A stretch of DNA of 64,000 nt from an uncultured Clostridia bacterium. Lineage in GTDB: Bacteria > Bacillota > Clostridia > Christensenellales > UBA1242. The stretch covers positions 2,977 through 66,976 of the forward strand of contig CALWEM010000004.1 of the NCBI GenBank assembly GCA_944377315.1, in the 5' to 3' direction. Below, piece by piece: positions 56,270 through 64,000 of this stretch. The number at the start of each line of letters is the position of its first letter. The first letter of the stretch is position 1. The notes below the pieces were generated by a model, which saw only the letters and a list, made by a program, of their open reading frames with translations, had not been told where the DNA came from and did no database searches. Both the position numbers and the translations under genes were made by a program.

Positions 56270-56433
56270 GTAAAAAATCTTCCAAAGACCGCAAGTGCCA
56301 TTTGGTGGCGTAAACGAATTTCGTGCTTGCCGAGGAAAAGAAACTTTGATGAATTTTTATCTCTGTGCCTTTTCCGTGGTTACAGAGATTTTTTATTAGA
56401 AACACAAAATTTGTTTAAAAGGAGGTATAGAAA
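56270..56433 (+). promoter_or_regulatory. Ribosomal protein L10 leader-like 5' UTR with a terminator/attenuator hairpin (56359..56395)
   Basis: Structured GC-richer leader (ccaaagaccgcaagtgcc...ggcg...cttgccgagg), then atctctgt/acagagat + T-tract just before the rplJ RBS. Position and layout match the Firmicute L10 leader. Confidence 0.55.
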
Positions 56434-56949
56434 ATGAGTGCTAATTTTGAGGCAAAGAAACAACTTGTTGAAGAAATTAAAGAAAAATTTTCTAAGGCAA
56501 AAACAATCGCTTTTGTTGACTACCGTGGTCTCACTGTTGACGAAGACACAAAAATGCGTCGCGAATTTCGTGAAAACGGTTGTGAATATAAAGTTTACAA
56601 AAACCGCTTGATGTTTAAAGCACTTTCTGACCTTGGTATTGAGTGTTCTGCAAATAACTTTGAAGGCACCACCGCTGTTGCTCTTGGCTATACTGATGAA
56701 GTTGCTCCGGCAAAAATCCTTTGCAACACAATCACAAAAACCAAGAAAATGGCTATCAAATTTGGAATTTTAAATGGTGTTTGCGTTGAAGCAAAAGACA
56801 TCGAAGCACTTGCAAAACTTCCATCAAAGGAAGAACTTATTGCAAAACTTCTTGGAACTTTGAACAATCCTATCACAGGACTATGCAGAGTTCTTCAAGC
56901 TCCAACTCGTGGGCTTGTGGTTGCTTTGAATGCGATTGCAACCAAATAA
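56434..56949 (+). CDS. rplJ: 50S ribosomal protein L10
   Basis: Typical L10 sequence (..K...V.E......K......DYRGLTV......R). Confidence 0.95.
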   Translation: MSANFEAKKQLVEEIKEKFSKAKTIAFVDYRGLTVDEDTKMRREFRENGCEYKVYKNRLMFKALSDLGIECSANNFEGTTAVALGYTDEVAPAKILCNTITKTKKMAIKFGILNGVCVEAKDIEALAKLPSKEELIAKLLGTLNNPITGLCRVLQAPTRGLVVALNAIATK

Positions 56950-57001
56950 AACTTATCGCATAAAAGAAAATTTATCATTTAATTAAAAGGAGATTATTAA
57001 A

Positions 57002-57379
57002 ATGGCTGATATTAAAAATCTTGTTGAAGAAATCAAAAAATTAACTATCGTTGAAGTTTCTGATCTTGTTAAAGCATTGGAAGAAGAATTTGGTGTTTCT
57101 GCTGCTGCTCCTGTTGCAGTTGCTGCTGCTCCAGCTGGTGCTCCAGCTGCCGCTGCTGCTGAAGAAAAAAGCGAATTCAACGTTTTCTTGAAAGAAGTTG
57201 GTGCAAACAAAATTGCTGTTATCAAAGTTGTTAGAGAAGTTACAGGTCTTGGACTTTCTGAAGCAAAAGCTGTTGTTGACGGCGCACCAAAAATGGTTAA
57301 AGAAAATGTTGCAACTGCTGAAGCAAAAGAAATCGAAGCTAAATTCAAAGAAGCAGGCGCTGTTGTTGAATTACAATAA
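57002..57379 (+). CDS. rplL: 50S ribosomal protein L7/L12
   Basis: Ala-rich hinge and C-terminal [17 protein letters not shown]...P..VKE. Confidence 0.95.
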   Translation: MADIKNLVEEIKKLTIVEVSDLVKALEEEFGVSAAAPVAVAAAPAGAPAAAAAEEKSEFNVFLKEVGANKIAVIKVVREVTGLGLSEAKAVVDGAPKMVKENVATAEAKEIEAKFKEAGAVVELQ

Positions 57380-57410
57380 TTTAATCGTTGTTTAAAAAGT
57401 TTTGTGTTTC

Positions 57411-57447
57411 AAAAAAAATACACTTGGTTTACAAGTGTATTTTTTTA
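57411..57447. terminator. Bidirectional terminator between rplL and gpmI
   Basis: aaaaaaaatacacttg-gttta-caagtgtattttttt. Confidence 0.75.
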
Positions 57448-57464
57448 TGCAAAGTGGCAATCAC

Positions 57465-58967
57465 TTAAAATAAAGGTTCTTCGTAGGTTTTTGGTGCTTC
57501 AATATTCAAAAGTTTCAAAACTGTTGGGGCTATGTTTGCAAGAGTTTTACCTTTCTTTAATTTGGCTTTACGATTTTTTTTGCTCACCAAAATGAATGGC
57601 ACTGGGTTTGTGGTGTGAGTGGTGATTTTGTTTCCATTTTTGTCTATCATCTCTTCTGCATTCCCGTGGTCAGCTGTTATTATGCACTCACCACCGACCA
57701 TAAGTGTGGCAAGGGCGACAGCGTAGGCACATTTGTCGACACATTTGATGGCTTCTTTTGTGCTTTCAAAGTTTCCAGTGTGACCAATCATATCAGGATT
57801 GGAGAAGTTGACCAAGATGTAGTCATATTTCAAACTTTCAATTGCTTCCACCACTGCTTCCATAATTTCCATTGCTCGCATTTTTGGAAATTTGGAAAAA
57901 TCTTTGACATTGATGCTGTCAATGAGTTTTCTGTCTTCACCTTCATATGGTTTTTCGATTCCGCCGTTGACAAAAAAGGTTACGTGTGCATATTTTGTCG
58001 TTTCGGATGTGTGAAATTGTTTTAAGCCATTTTCGGAAATCACGCTGGCAAGATTGTCAGTGATTATTGTTGGCGGATAAAGAATGTTGAGATTTTTTAG
58101 GTCGGTAGAATATTCAGTCATTGTGGTGAACAAAAGATTTTTGAAATTCACTCTCTTAAATTCCTTGAATTCTTCCTTCGTTATTGCAGTGGAAAGCTCA
58201 ATCGCGCGGTCGGTTCGATAGTTGAAGAAAATGACACTGTCATTATCTTTCAGTGTGCCGTTTTCGTTAATAAGGCAAGGGGTTATGAACTCGTCTGTCA
58301 AACCATTTTCATACATTGCAAGCATCGCGCTTTCTGAATTGTCAAACTTTTCGCCCTCGCCATTCACATAGAGTCTGTATGCTTTTTCCAGTCGGTCAAA
58401 ACGCTTCTCTCTGTCCATTGCATACACTCTGCCAATTATGGTGGCGATTTTGACATTTGTGCCTTTCATTTTCTCTTCCGCTTCTCTTATGAACTTGATG
58501 CCATCTTTGATGCCGGTGTCGCGTCCGTCCATTATGGCGTGAATATATATGTTTTTGATGTTGAAATTCTTTGCCATATCAATAATGGCATACATATGGC
58601 TTAATTCCGAGTGAACTCCACCATTTGAGAATAAACCCAAAAGATGAAGCGATGAATTGTTCTTCTCGGCGTGAGTTAGTGCTTTGACAAGGGCAGGGTT
58701 TTCATAAAATTTCCCTGTTTCAATATCGTTGTTTATCCGCATCAAATCTTGAAGTATGCGTCTGCCTGCTCCAATTGTTAAGTGTCCGACTTCACTGTTA
58801 CCCATTTGCCCGTCAGGAAGTCCAACCGCCAATCCGCTCGCTTTTAAAAGTGTGTGTGGATATTCTTTTTTGAGTTTGTCAAGATATGGCGTGCCTTGGC
58901 TTTTGATGGCATTGCCAAATTTTTGTTTTTTTTCGCCAAATCCGTCTAAAATAACTAATGTGACCAT
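57465..58967 (-). CDS. gpmI: 2,3-bisphosphoglycerate-independent phosphoglycerate mutase
   Basis: LVILDG.G, GNSEVGH..IGAGR, and C-terminal ITADHGNAE. Confidence 0.95.
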   Translation of the reverse strand: MVTLVILDGFGEKKQKFGNAIKSQGTPYLDKLKKEYPHTLLKASGLAVGLPDGQMGNSEVGHLTIGAGRRILQDLMRINNDIETGKFYENPALVKALTHAEKNNSSLHLLGLFSNGGVHSELSHMYAIIDMAKNFNIKNIYIHAIMDGRDTGIKDGIKFIREAEEKMKGTNVKIATIIGRVYAMDREKRFDRLEKAYRLYVNGEGEKFDNSESAMLAMYENGLTDEFITPCLINENGTLKDNDSVIFFNYRTDRAIELSTAITKEEFKEFKRVNFKNLLFTTMTEYSTDLKNLNILYPPTIITDNLASVISENGLKQFHTSETTKYAHVTFFVNGGIEKPYEGEDRKLIDSINVKDFSKFPKMRAMEIMEAVVEAIESLKYDYILVNFSNPDMIGHTGNFESTKEAIKCVDKCAYAVALATLMVGGECIITADHGNAEEMIDKNGNKITTHTTNPVPFILVSKKNRKAKLKKGKTLANIAPTVLKLLNIEAPKTYEEPLF

Positions 58968-59034
58968 ATTTTTTCTCCTATTTATTAGGATAGTGTTTTC
59001 TTTTTAAAAAGTCAAATAATTTGAGTGGGTTTGG

Positions 59035-59126
59035 GCGAGAAGGAAGAAAAATTTGAGCCGTGCGTGCTCAAATTTTGGAAAAACCTGCGGTTTTTCAGCG
59101 TGCTTTGGCACGCACTTCCTTCTCGC
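59035..59126 (-). other. Four-way-junction (cloverleaf-like) GC-rich element X2 between the DUF378 gene and gpmI
   Basis: 12-bp outer stem gcgagaaggaag/cttccttctcgc encloses three hairpins: aaaatttgagc/gctcaaatttt, gaaaaacc/ggtttttc, and gcgtgc/gcacgc. Starts 2 nt after the DUF378 stop codon. Confidence 0.7.
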
Positions 59127-59127
59127 A

Positions 59128-59412
59128 TCACTTTTTGTCATCAACATTTTCTTTTCCAGCTTCAATGTTTGCCACTTCTTTTTCTTCCACCTTTTTCTTT
59201 TTTCTTTCAAAAACTCTCAAATTCCCTTTGTTGACGATTATGCGAATAATAAGATAAAGACAACCAGTGCCAATCAAAATATAGCAAAGACGCGAAAAAA
59301 TGCTTGCTTGAAACCCAAAAAAGCCAGCAATGAAGTCGTATTGAAGAAGTCCAACCATCAGCCAATCAATAGAGCCAATGATAGTCAACAGAAAAGCGAT
59401 AAATGTTATCAT
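59128..59412 (-). CDS. DUF378 family small membrane protein
   Basis: IAF.L..IG.I.W..VG....D....FFG pattern. Start moved to the ATG at 59412, which follows the GAGGTGG RBS. Confidence 0.75.
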   Translation of the reverse strand: MITFIAFLLTIIGSIDWLMVGLLQYDFIAGFFGFQASIFSRLCYILIGTGCLYLIIRIIVNKGNLRVFERKKKKVEEKEVANIEAGKENVDDKK

Positions 59413-59528
59413 AAACCACCTCATAGTTATTTTGCATAATAAAAAAATTAATTATACTTTGAAAAAAAGAACTTTTCTCACAATTTTTGCATAATTTTAA
59501 TATGTTAATTGAAAACTAGTAAAATTAC

Positions 59529-59557
59529 TTGACATTTATTTTTGATTTGAGTATAAT
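59529..59557 (+). promoter_or_regulatory. Consensus sigma-A promoter of greA
   Basis: TTGACA, 17-nt spacer, TATAAT. Confidence 0.65.
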
Positions 59558-59612
59558 ATGCTCGTTGTCTAAACAAAAGGTTTAGAATTTTGCTTTTTTA
59601 AGGAGGGCTAAA

Positions 59613-60083
59613 ATGGAAAAACATTATCTCACACCGGAAGGGAAAATACAACTTGAAGAGAAGTTGAACTTTTATAAAACTGTGAAAAGACCAAATGTTG
59701 TCAAGAGAATCGGAATTGCACGCGAATTTGGTGACTTGTCAGAGAATTCAGAATATGATGCAGCAAAGGATGAACAAGCACAAATTGAAGCAGAAATCTC
59801 TGAAATGGAAAACATCCTTTTGAACGCTGAAATCATCGACACAAAAAATATTGATTTAAACACGGTGAGTGTTGGAACAAAAGTGAAACTTTATGACGAA
59901 GAATTTGATGAAGAAGTGGAATACAAAATCTCTGGTTCTTCTGAAAGCGACCCAAAAAATGGTGTTATCAGCAATGTTTCGCCAGTTGGCAAAGCACTTA
60001 TCGGACATAAGAAAGGCGAAACAGTGGAAGTTAAGACACCAGGCGGGACAATAACATACAAAATCATTGATATTCAAATTTAA
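59613..60083 (+). CDS. greA: Transcription elongation factor GreA
   Basis: LT.EG...L..EL........R......I..A...GDLSENSEYDAAK.EQ motif, ~156 aa. Confidence 0.95.
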   Translation: MEKHYLTPEGKIQLEEKLNFYKTVKRPNVVKRIGIAREFGDLSENSEYDAAKDEQAQIEAEISEMENILLNAEIIDTKNIDLNTVSVGTKVKLYDEEFDEEVEYKISGSSESDPKNGVISNVSPVGKALIGHKKGETVEVKTPGGTITYKIIDIQI

Positions 60084-60158
60084 TTTTGAATATCATTTGC
60101 TTTTTTATTGGCAGTTTGCTATAATAATATTAGCGAAGATATATTTTAAAGGAAGTAT

Positions 60159-61082
60159 ATGACATTTTTTAATTCAATGAAACTTTTTGGTTCAAACTGG
60201 GACAAAGTATGGAAACTTTTTCTTTACTATCTTTTTGTTTGGGGAATTACTGCTTGTCTTCTTCTTCCTTGCTTTTTTGAATTTGGTTCAATCATCAAAG
60301 CCGACATTCAAGACACCAATGTGGTTGCGTCCTACACCACAGTTTTTCATCCGTCATTCGGTTCATATCTTAACAGTATGCTTGTTCTTGTCTACACAAT
60401 TTTCTTGGATTGTGTGGCATCAAATCTTGGGCTTTTGATTTATGGTTTCATTGTTTTGTTTGTCTTTTTGCCTTTCCTTTTGAACATTGGAAAGTATGCT
60501 GTTTGCGAAATGCTTTATGGCTATATGGCAAGCAAAACCAAACTTGGATTTTTCAGTTCTCTTTTCAAAACATTGAACAAATCAACACTTTATTCACTTT
60601 GCAAAACTTTGTATAGTTTATTGTTTTATGCTCTCATAATATATCTCGTTTTCCTTTTGGGAATGGTGGAAAACACCTTTTTCCAAACATATTTTCTTGG
60701 AATTTGCGAAATCTTGGTTTTGGCAATTTTGTTCACATTGAACAAAGTGACAACGGCGTGCTGGGCTCCGGCAAGCATTGTTTTTGGTTGCTCTGTTGCA
60801 TCTGCGTATAACCGCGGAATCAAGGTTGTTTTCCGTCACTTTGGGAAAATTCTTTTGGTGGCTCTTCTCATTTTCTTACTCTTCTTCATTGTCACATTCA
60901 TCGCAGGAGTGTATAGTTTTGTTTTGACCATTCCTCTTGTTGCTGTCACTCTTTGTATGTTTGATATGACAACCTTTTTCACCAGTCAAGGTATGCGATT
61001 TTATGTCAATGAAACCACAATTATGACACCAAAAAAATTGGAAGAAGTGGATAATATTAATAAAGCAAGATATATTATCTAG
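60159..61082 (+). CDS. Hypothetical polytopic membrane protein
   Basis: About 6 TM segments with an AAGGAAG RBS. No family recognised. Confidence 0.5.
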   Translation: MTFFNSMKLFGSNWDKVWKLFLYYLFVWGITACLLLPCFFEFGSIIKADIQDTNVVASYTTVFHPSFGSYLNSMLVLVYTIFLDCVASNLGLLIYGFIVLFVFLPFLLNIGKYAVCEMLYGYMASKTKLGFFSSLFKTLNKSTLYSLCKTLYSLLFYALIIYLVFLLGMVENTFFQTYFLGICEILVLAILFTLNKVTTACWAPASIVFGCSVASAYNRGIKVVFRHFGKILLVALLIFLLFFIVTFIAGVYSFVLTIPLVAVTLCMFDMTTFFTSQGMRFYVNETTIMTPKKLEEVDNINKARYII

Positions 61083-61174
61083 TTTTATTCTTTTGATATC
61101 TTAATTTTATTTTATAATAGTTATTTTTACATAATTAGATTTTTTCTAATATGTTTATTTTTAAAGGAGATTAT

Positions 61175-62833
61175 ATGAACACTAACAAACTTAAAATCAC
61201 ATTTTTGGGCGGAGTCGGCGAAATTGGAAAAAATATGACTGCTTTTGAATATGGGAATGAAATCATTGTTGTTGACGCTGGCTTGACATTTCCTGATGAC
61301 GACTTGCCGGGTATTGATGTTGTTGTGCCAGATATTTCTTATCTTGTGGCGAACAAAGACAGAGTCAAGGCTTTCATTTTGACTCACGGTCACGAAGACC
61401 ATATCGGTGGACTTCCTTTTGTTCTTGACCAAATCAAAGCACCAATTTATGGCAGTCGATTGACTCTGGCACTTGTTGAAAACAAGATGAAAGAATATCC
61501 GAAAGTGCAATACAAAGCAATCACTGTGAAACCGAAAAACATCTTGAAAATTGGACCTTTCTCGGTGGAATTTATCAAGGTTTCTCACTCAATTGCTGGC
61601 TCACTTGCTCTTTGCATTTCAACTCCTGCTGGCAATGTCATTCACACGGGTGACTTCAAAATCGATTTTGAACCTATTGATGGCGTGATGACTGACCTTC
61701 AAAGATTTGGTGAACTTGGCAAGAAGGGAGTTAATCTTCTTCTTTGCGAAAGCACAAATGTTTGCAGAAAAGGTTATTCAATGAGTGAAAAATCTGTTGG
61801 CAGAGCTCTTGAAGAGATTTTTGAAAAGCACACAAAAAATCGTATTTTTGTTGCCACATTCGCTTCAAATATTCATCGCTTGCAACAAATTTTGAATCTT
61901 GCAGAAAAGTTTGGAAGAAAGGTTGCCTTCACTGGAAGGAGTATGATAAATATTTCCGAAGTCGGTTTGAAAATTGGTGAAATCAGTTTTGACAGAAAAA
62001 ATATTATTGATATCGACAAAATCGACAAGTATGCTGACAGCGAACTTTTGATTGTCACCACCGGCAGTCAAGGTGAGCCGATGAGTGCCTTGACAAGAAT
62101 GGCAGCAGATGATTTCAAAGGTATCAAAATTGGCGAAAATGACCTTATTGTTATGTCATCATCACCAATTCCTGGAAATGAAAAGGGGGTGTATAATGTC
62201 ATCAACGCTCTTTATCAAAAGGGTGCTGATGTCATCTATGATGAACTTTCTGATGTTCACGCTTCAGGACACGCGTGTCAAGAAGAAATCAAAATCATTC
62301 ATTCGCTTTGCAAACCGAAATTCTTTATGCCAATCCACGGTGAATACCGTCATCTTCGTATGCATAAGCAATTGGCGATGAATTTGGGTATGGAAGAGAG
62401 AAATATCATTTTGCCAACTTTGGGTATGCAAGTGGAATTATCTCCAAATGGGATGAAAAAATCCGGTGTGGTCACAGCAGGTCAACGCCTTATTGACGGA
62501 TATGGCATTGGTGATATGGACAGCAATGTTCTTCGAGAAAGAAAACAGCTTTCAGAAGACGGAATTTGCGTTGTTATTGTCAATATCAATAATGTTTCCG
62601 GCAGTGTGGCGAGCGACCCATTCATTATCACTCGTGGTGTGGTTTATCAAGACGAGGCGGAAGCGTTCGTGCAAGATGCAAAAAATATGATTATTGCTTC
62701 TTTGAAAGAGCAAGATTTGCGTGGAGCGGATGCCACTGTTATTCGTAACACATTGAGACGCAATGTTTCAAACTTTATTTTCAAAAGAACAAAACGCCGT
62801 CCAATGGTTTTGTCAATTGTGCTTTTGAATTAG
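61175..62833 (+). CDS. rnj: Ribonuclease J
   Basis: Metallo-beta-lactamase/beta-CASP: L.ITFLGG.GEIGKN, THGHEDHIGG, HASGH. Start at the ATG at 61175 after AAAGGAG. Confidence 0.9.
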   Translation: MNTNKLKITFLGGVGEIGKNMTAFEYGNEIIVVDAGLTFPDDDLPGIDVVVPDISYLVANKDRVKAFILTHGHEDHIGGLPFVLDQIKAPIYGSRLTLALVENKMKEYPKVQYKAITVKPKNILKIGPFSVEFIKVSHSIAGSLALCISTPAGNVIHTGDFKIDFEPIDGVMTDLQRFGELGKKGVNLLLCESTNVCRKGYSMSEKSVGRALEEIFEKHTKNRIFVATFASNIHRLQQILNLAEKFGRKVAFTGRSMINISEVGLKIGEISFDRKNIIDIDKIDKYADSELLIVTTGSQGEPMSALTRMAADDFKGIKIGENDLIVMSSSPIPGNEKGVYNVINALYQKGADVIYDELSDVHASGHACQEEIKIIHSLCKPKFFMPIHGEYRHLRMHKQLAMNLGMEERNIILPTLGMQVELSPNGMKKSGVVTAGQRLIDGYGIGDMDSNVLRERKQLSEDGICVVIVNINNVSGSVASDPFIITRGVVYQDEAEAFVQDAKNMIIASLKEQDLRGADATVIRNTLRRNVSNFIFKRTKRRPMVLSIVLLN

Positions 62834-62842
62834 AAGAAAATT

Positions 62843-63430
62843 ATGGAAAAGAAGGAAAATTTTGTTGGGTTTAATAAAGATGAGTATGTTCCCATTCTTC
62901 GCGATGAGAGCATATCTTTTCTCTATGAAATAATAAAGAAAAACCAACCAAAAAAAGGTTTGGAAATTGGAACATATATCGGCTATTCTGCGTCAATCTT
63001 TCTCTCGACTTCACAAAACGCTTCACTTGAAACGGTGGAAATTAATGAAGAAAATGCTAAATTGGCGCGTGAAAATTTGAAAGAATTTGGTGACAGAGTG
63101 ACAGTCTTTTGCAAAGATGCCAAGGATTTTATTGAAGAAAGGTTGGAAGAAAAGGAAAAATATGACTTCATCTTTTTGGATGGTCCAAAGGGGCAATATA
63201 TCAGATATTTGCCAATTCTGAAGCAACTTCTTTCTGTTGAAGGGATTTTGGTCGCTGACAATGTCTATTTTCACGGAATGGTTAAAATGGAAGGAAAAAT
63301 TCCACACAAACATCGCTCAATTGTCAATAATTTGCGTAAATTTATTTCCGAAATTCAGTCCGACCCGGATTTTGAAACCCAAATTTATGATATTGGTGAT
63401 GGAATAAGTGTGAGCAAAAAATTGGCGTAA
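62843..63430 (+). CDS. Class I SAM-dependent O-methyltransferase (YrrM/TrmR-like, caffeoyl-CoA OMT family)
   Basis: LEIGT.IGYS, FIFLD..K..Y, and ADN.... motifs. Confidence 0.75.
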   Translation: MEKKENFVGFNKDEYVPILRDESISFLYEIIKKNQPKKGLEIGTYIGYSASIFLSTSQNASLETVEINEENAKLARENLKEFGDRVTVFCKDAKDFIEERLEEKEKYDFIFLDGPKGQYIRYLPILKQLLSVEGILVADNVYFHGMVKMEGKIPHKHRSIVNNLRKFISEIQSDPDFETQIYDIGDGISVSKKLA

Positions 63431-63522
63431 GATTTAAGATTGTGTTGGTGTGATATTAAAAAATGATGTTATAAAATTGCCTTATGGGCTATTATAACAT
63501 CACTTTTTTTATATTTTTTATT

Positions 63523-64000
63523 CTAAATTTCTGGAATGAAATCTTCAAAAATTATATTGTCGCAATGTTTGACAACCTTCAAATACTCTTCCTTGCTTCC
63601 AACTGTCCAAGCAAGAAGGGGAATATCTTTGAATTTTTTGACATATCGATTTGGAAGCATTGAGTATTCATATGAAATGAAGTTTGGGTTACTTGCTGAT
63701 TTGTTGAATGCCATTCTCTTCAACAAGAATTTTTTATACCACGCAAGTTTTTCGCCTTTGAAAGAACCTGAAAGTTGACCACGCAAAATGTTTGGTGCGT
63801 GATTTTTGAAATATTGCAAAGAAAATGGATTGAAAGATTGCACTGCAAATTCGCCGTCATAGTTTTTGAGAAGGTCAATCACTTTTTGTTCCAAAACTCC
63901 AACTTTTGTTGAAGAATTTTTGATTTCAATAAGGAGTGGAGTTCTGCCGTCCACCAATTTCAAAACTTCTTCCAAAGTTGGAATATGTTCCTTTGTTCCT
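63523..64000 (-). CDS. Glycerophosphodiester phosphodiesterase family protein, C-terminal part (the N-terminus lies beyond the window end)
   Basis: LLIEIK... and ..V.SF....L......P....G.L pattern of GDPD. The frame is open to the window edge. Confidence 0.7.
   Translation of the reverse strand, partial: GTKEHIPTLEEVLKLVDGRTPLLIEIKNSSTKVGVLEQKVIDLLKNYDGEFAVQSFNPFSLQYFKNHAPNILRGQLSGSFKGEKLAWYKKFLLKRMAFNKSASNPNFISYEYSMLPNRYVKKFKDIPLLAWTVGSKEEYLKVVKHCDNIIFEDFIPEI

Overview
AT-rich chromosomal segment from an endospore-forming, low-GC Firmicute (Clostridia-like). Standard genetic code; TGA is used as a stop. About 55 genes, most on the + strand. Content is mostly housekeeping: tsaD, ung, rpsT, murI, rluB, plsC, rpsA, pta-ackA, rpmF-plsX-rnc-smc-ftsY, rarA, leuS, ftsH, rplJL, gpmI, greA and rnj. 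Sporulation and germination genes are interspersed: gpr, ytfI/ytfJ-like genes, a D-Ala-D-Ala carboxypeptidase, ylbJ, a SigK-like pro-sigma factor and a gerA-type tricistronic operon. RNA genes are tRNA-Gly(GCC), tRNA-Cys(GCA), tRNA-Leu(UAA), tRNA-Thr(CGU), RNase P RNA and an L10-leader-like attenuator. No CRISPR array, transposase or integrase gene was seen. The most unusual signals are non-coding. (1) Three of the four tRNA loci carry colinear partial copies of the tRNA. At tRNA-Leu and tRNA-Thr these form ~92-94 nt tandem modules of the same architecture: tRNA 3' part, terminator hairpin, then an inverted segment complementary to the tRNA body. (2) Two tRNA-sized, GC-rich four-way-junction (cloverleaf-like) elements sit just after the rnc and DUF378 genes. 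(3) A ~32-nt palindromic REP-like repeat occurs at least four times. (4) A dispersed 23-nt A/T motif recurs in several intergenic regions. Coding oddities are a 452-aa protein with a diadenylate-cyclase-like fold whose catalytic RHR motif is replaced, a HIT-RNase HI fusion, and an intact orphan phage terminase large subunit. That terminase lies next to a phage late-regulator-like HTH protein, upstream of the rearranged tRNA-Thr locus.
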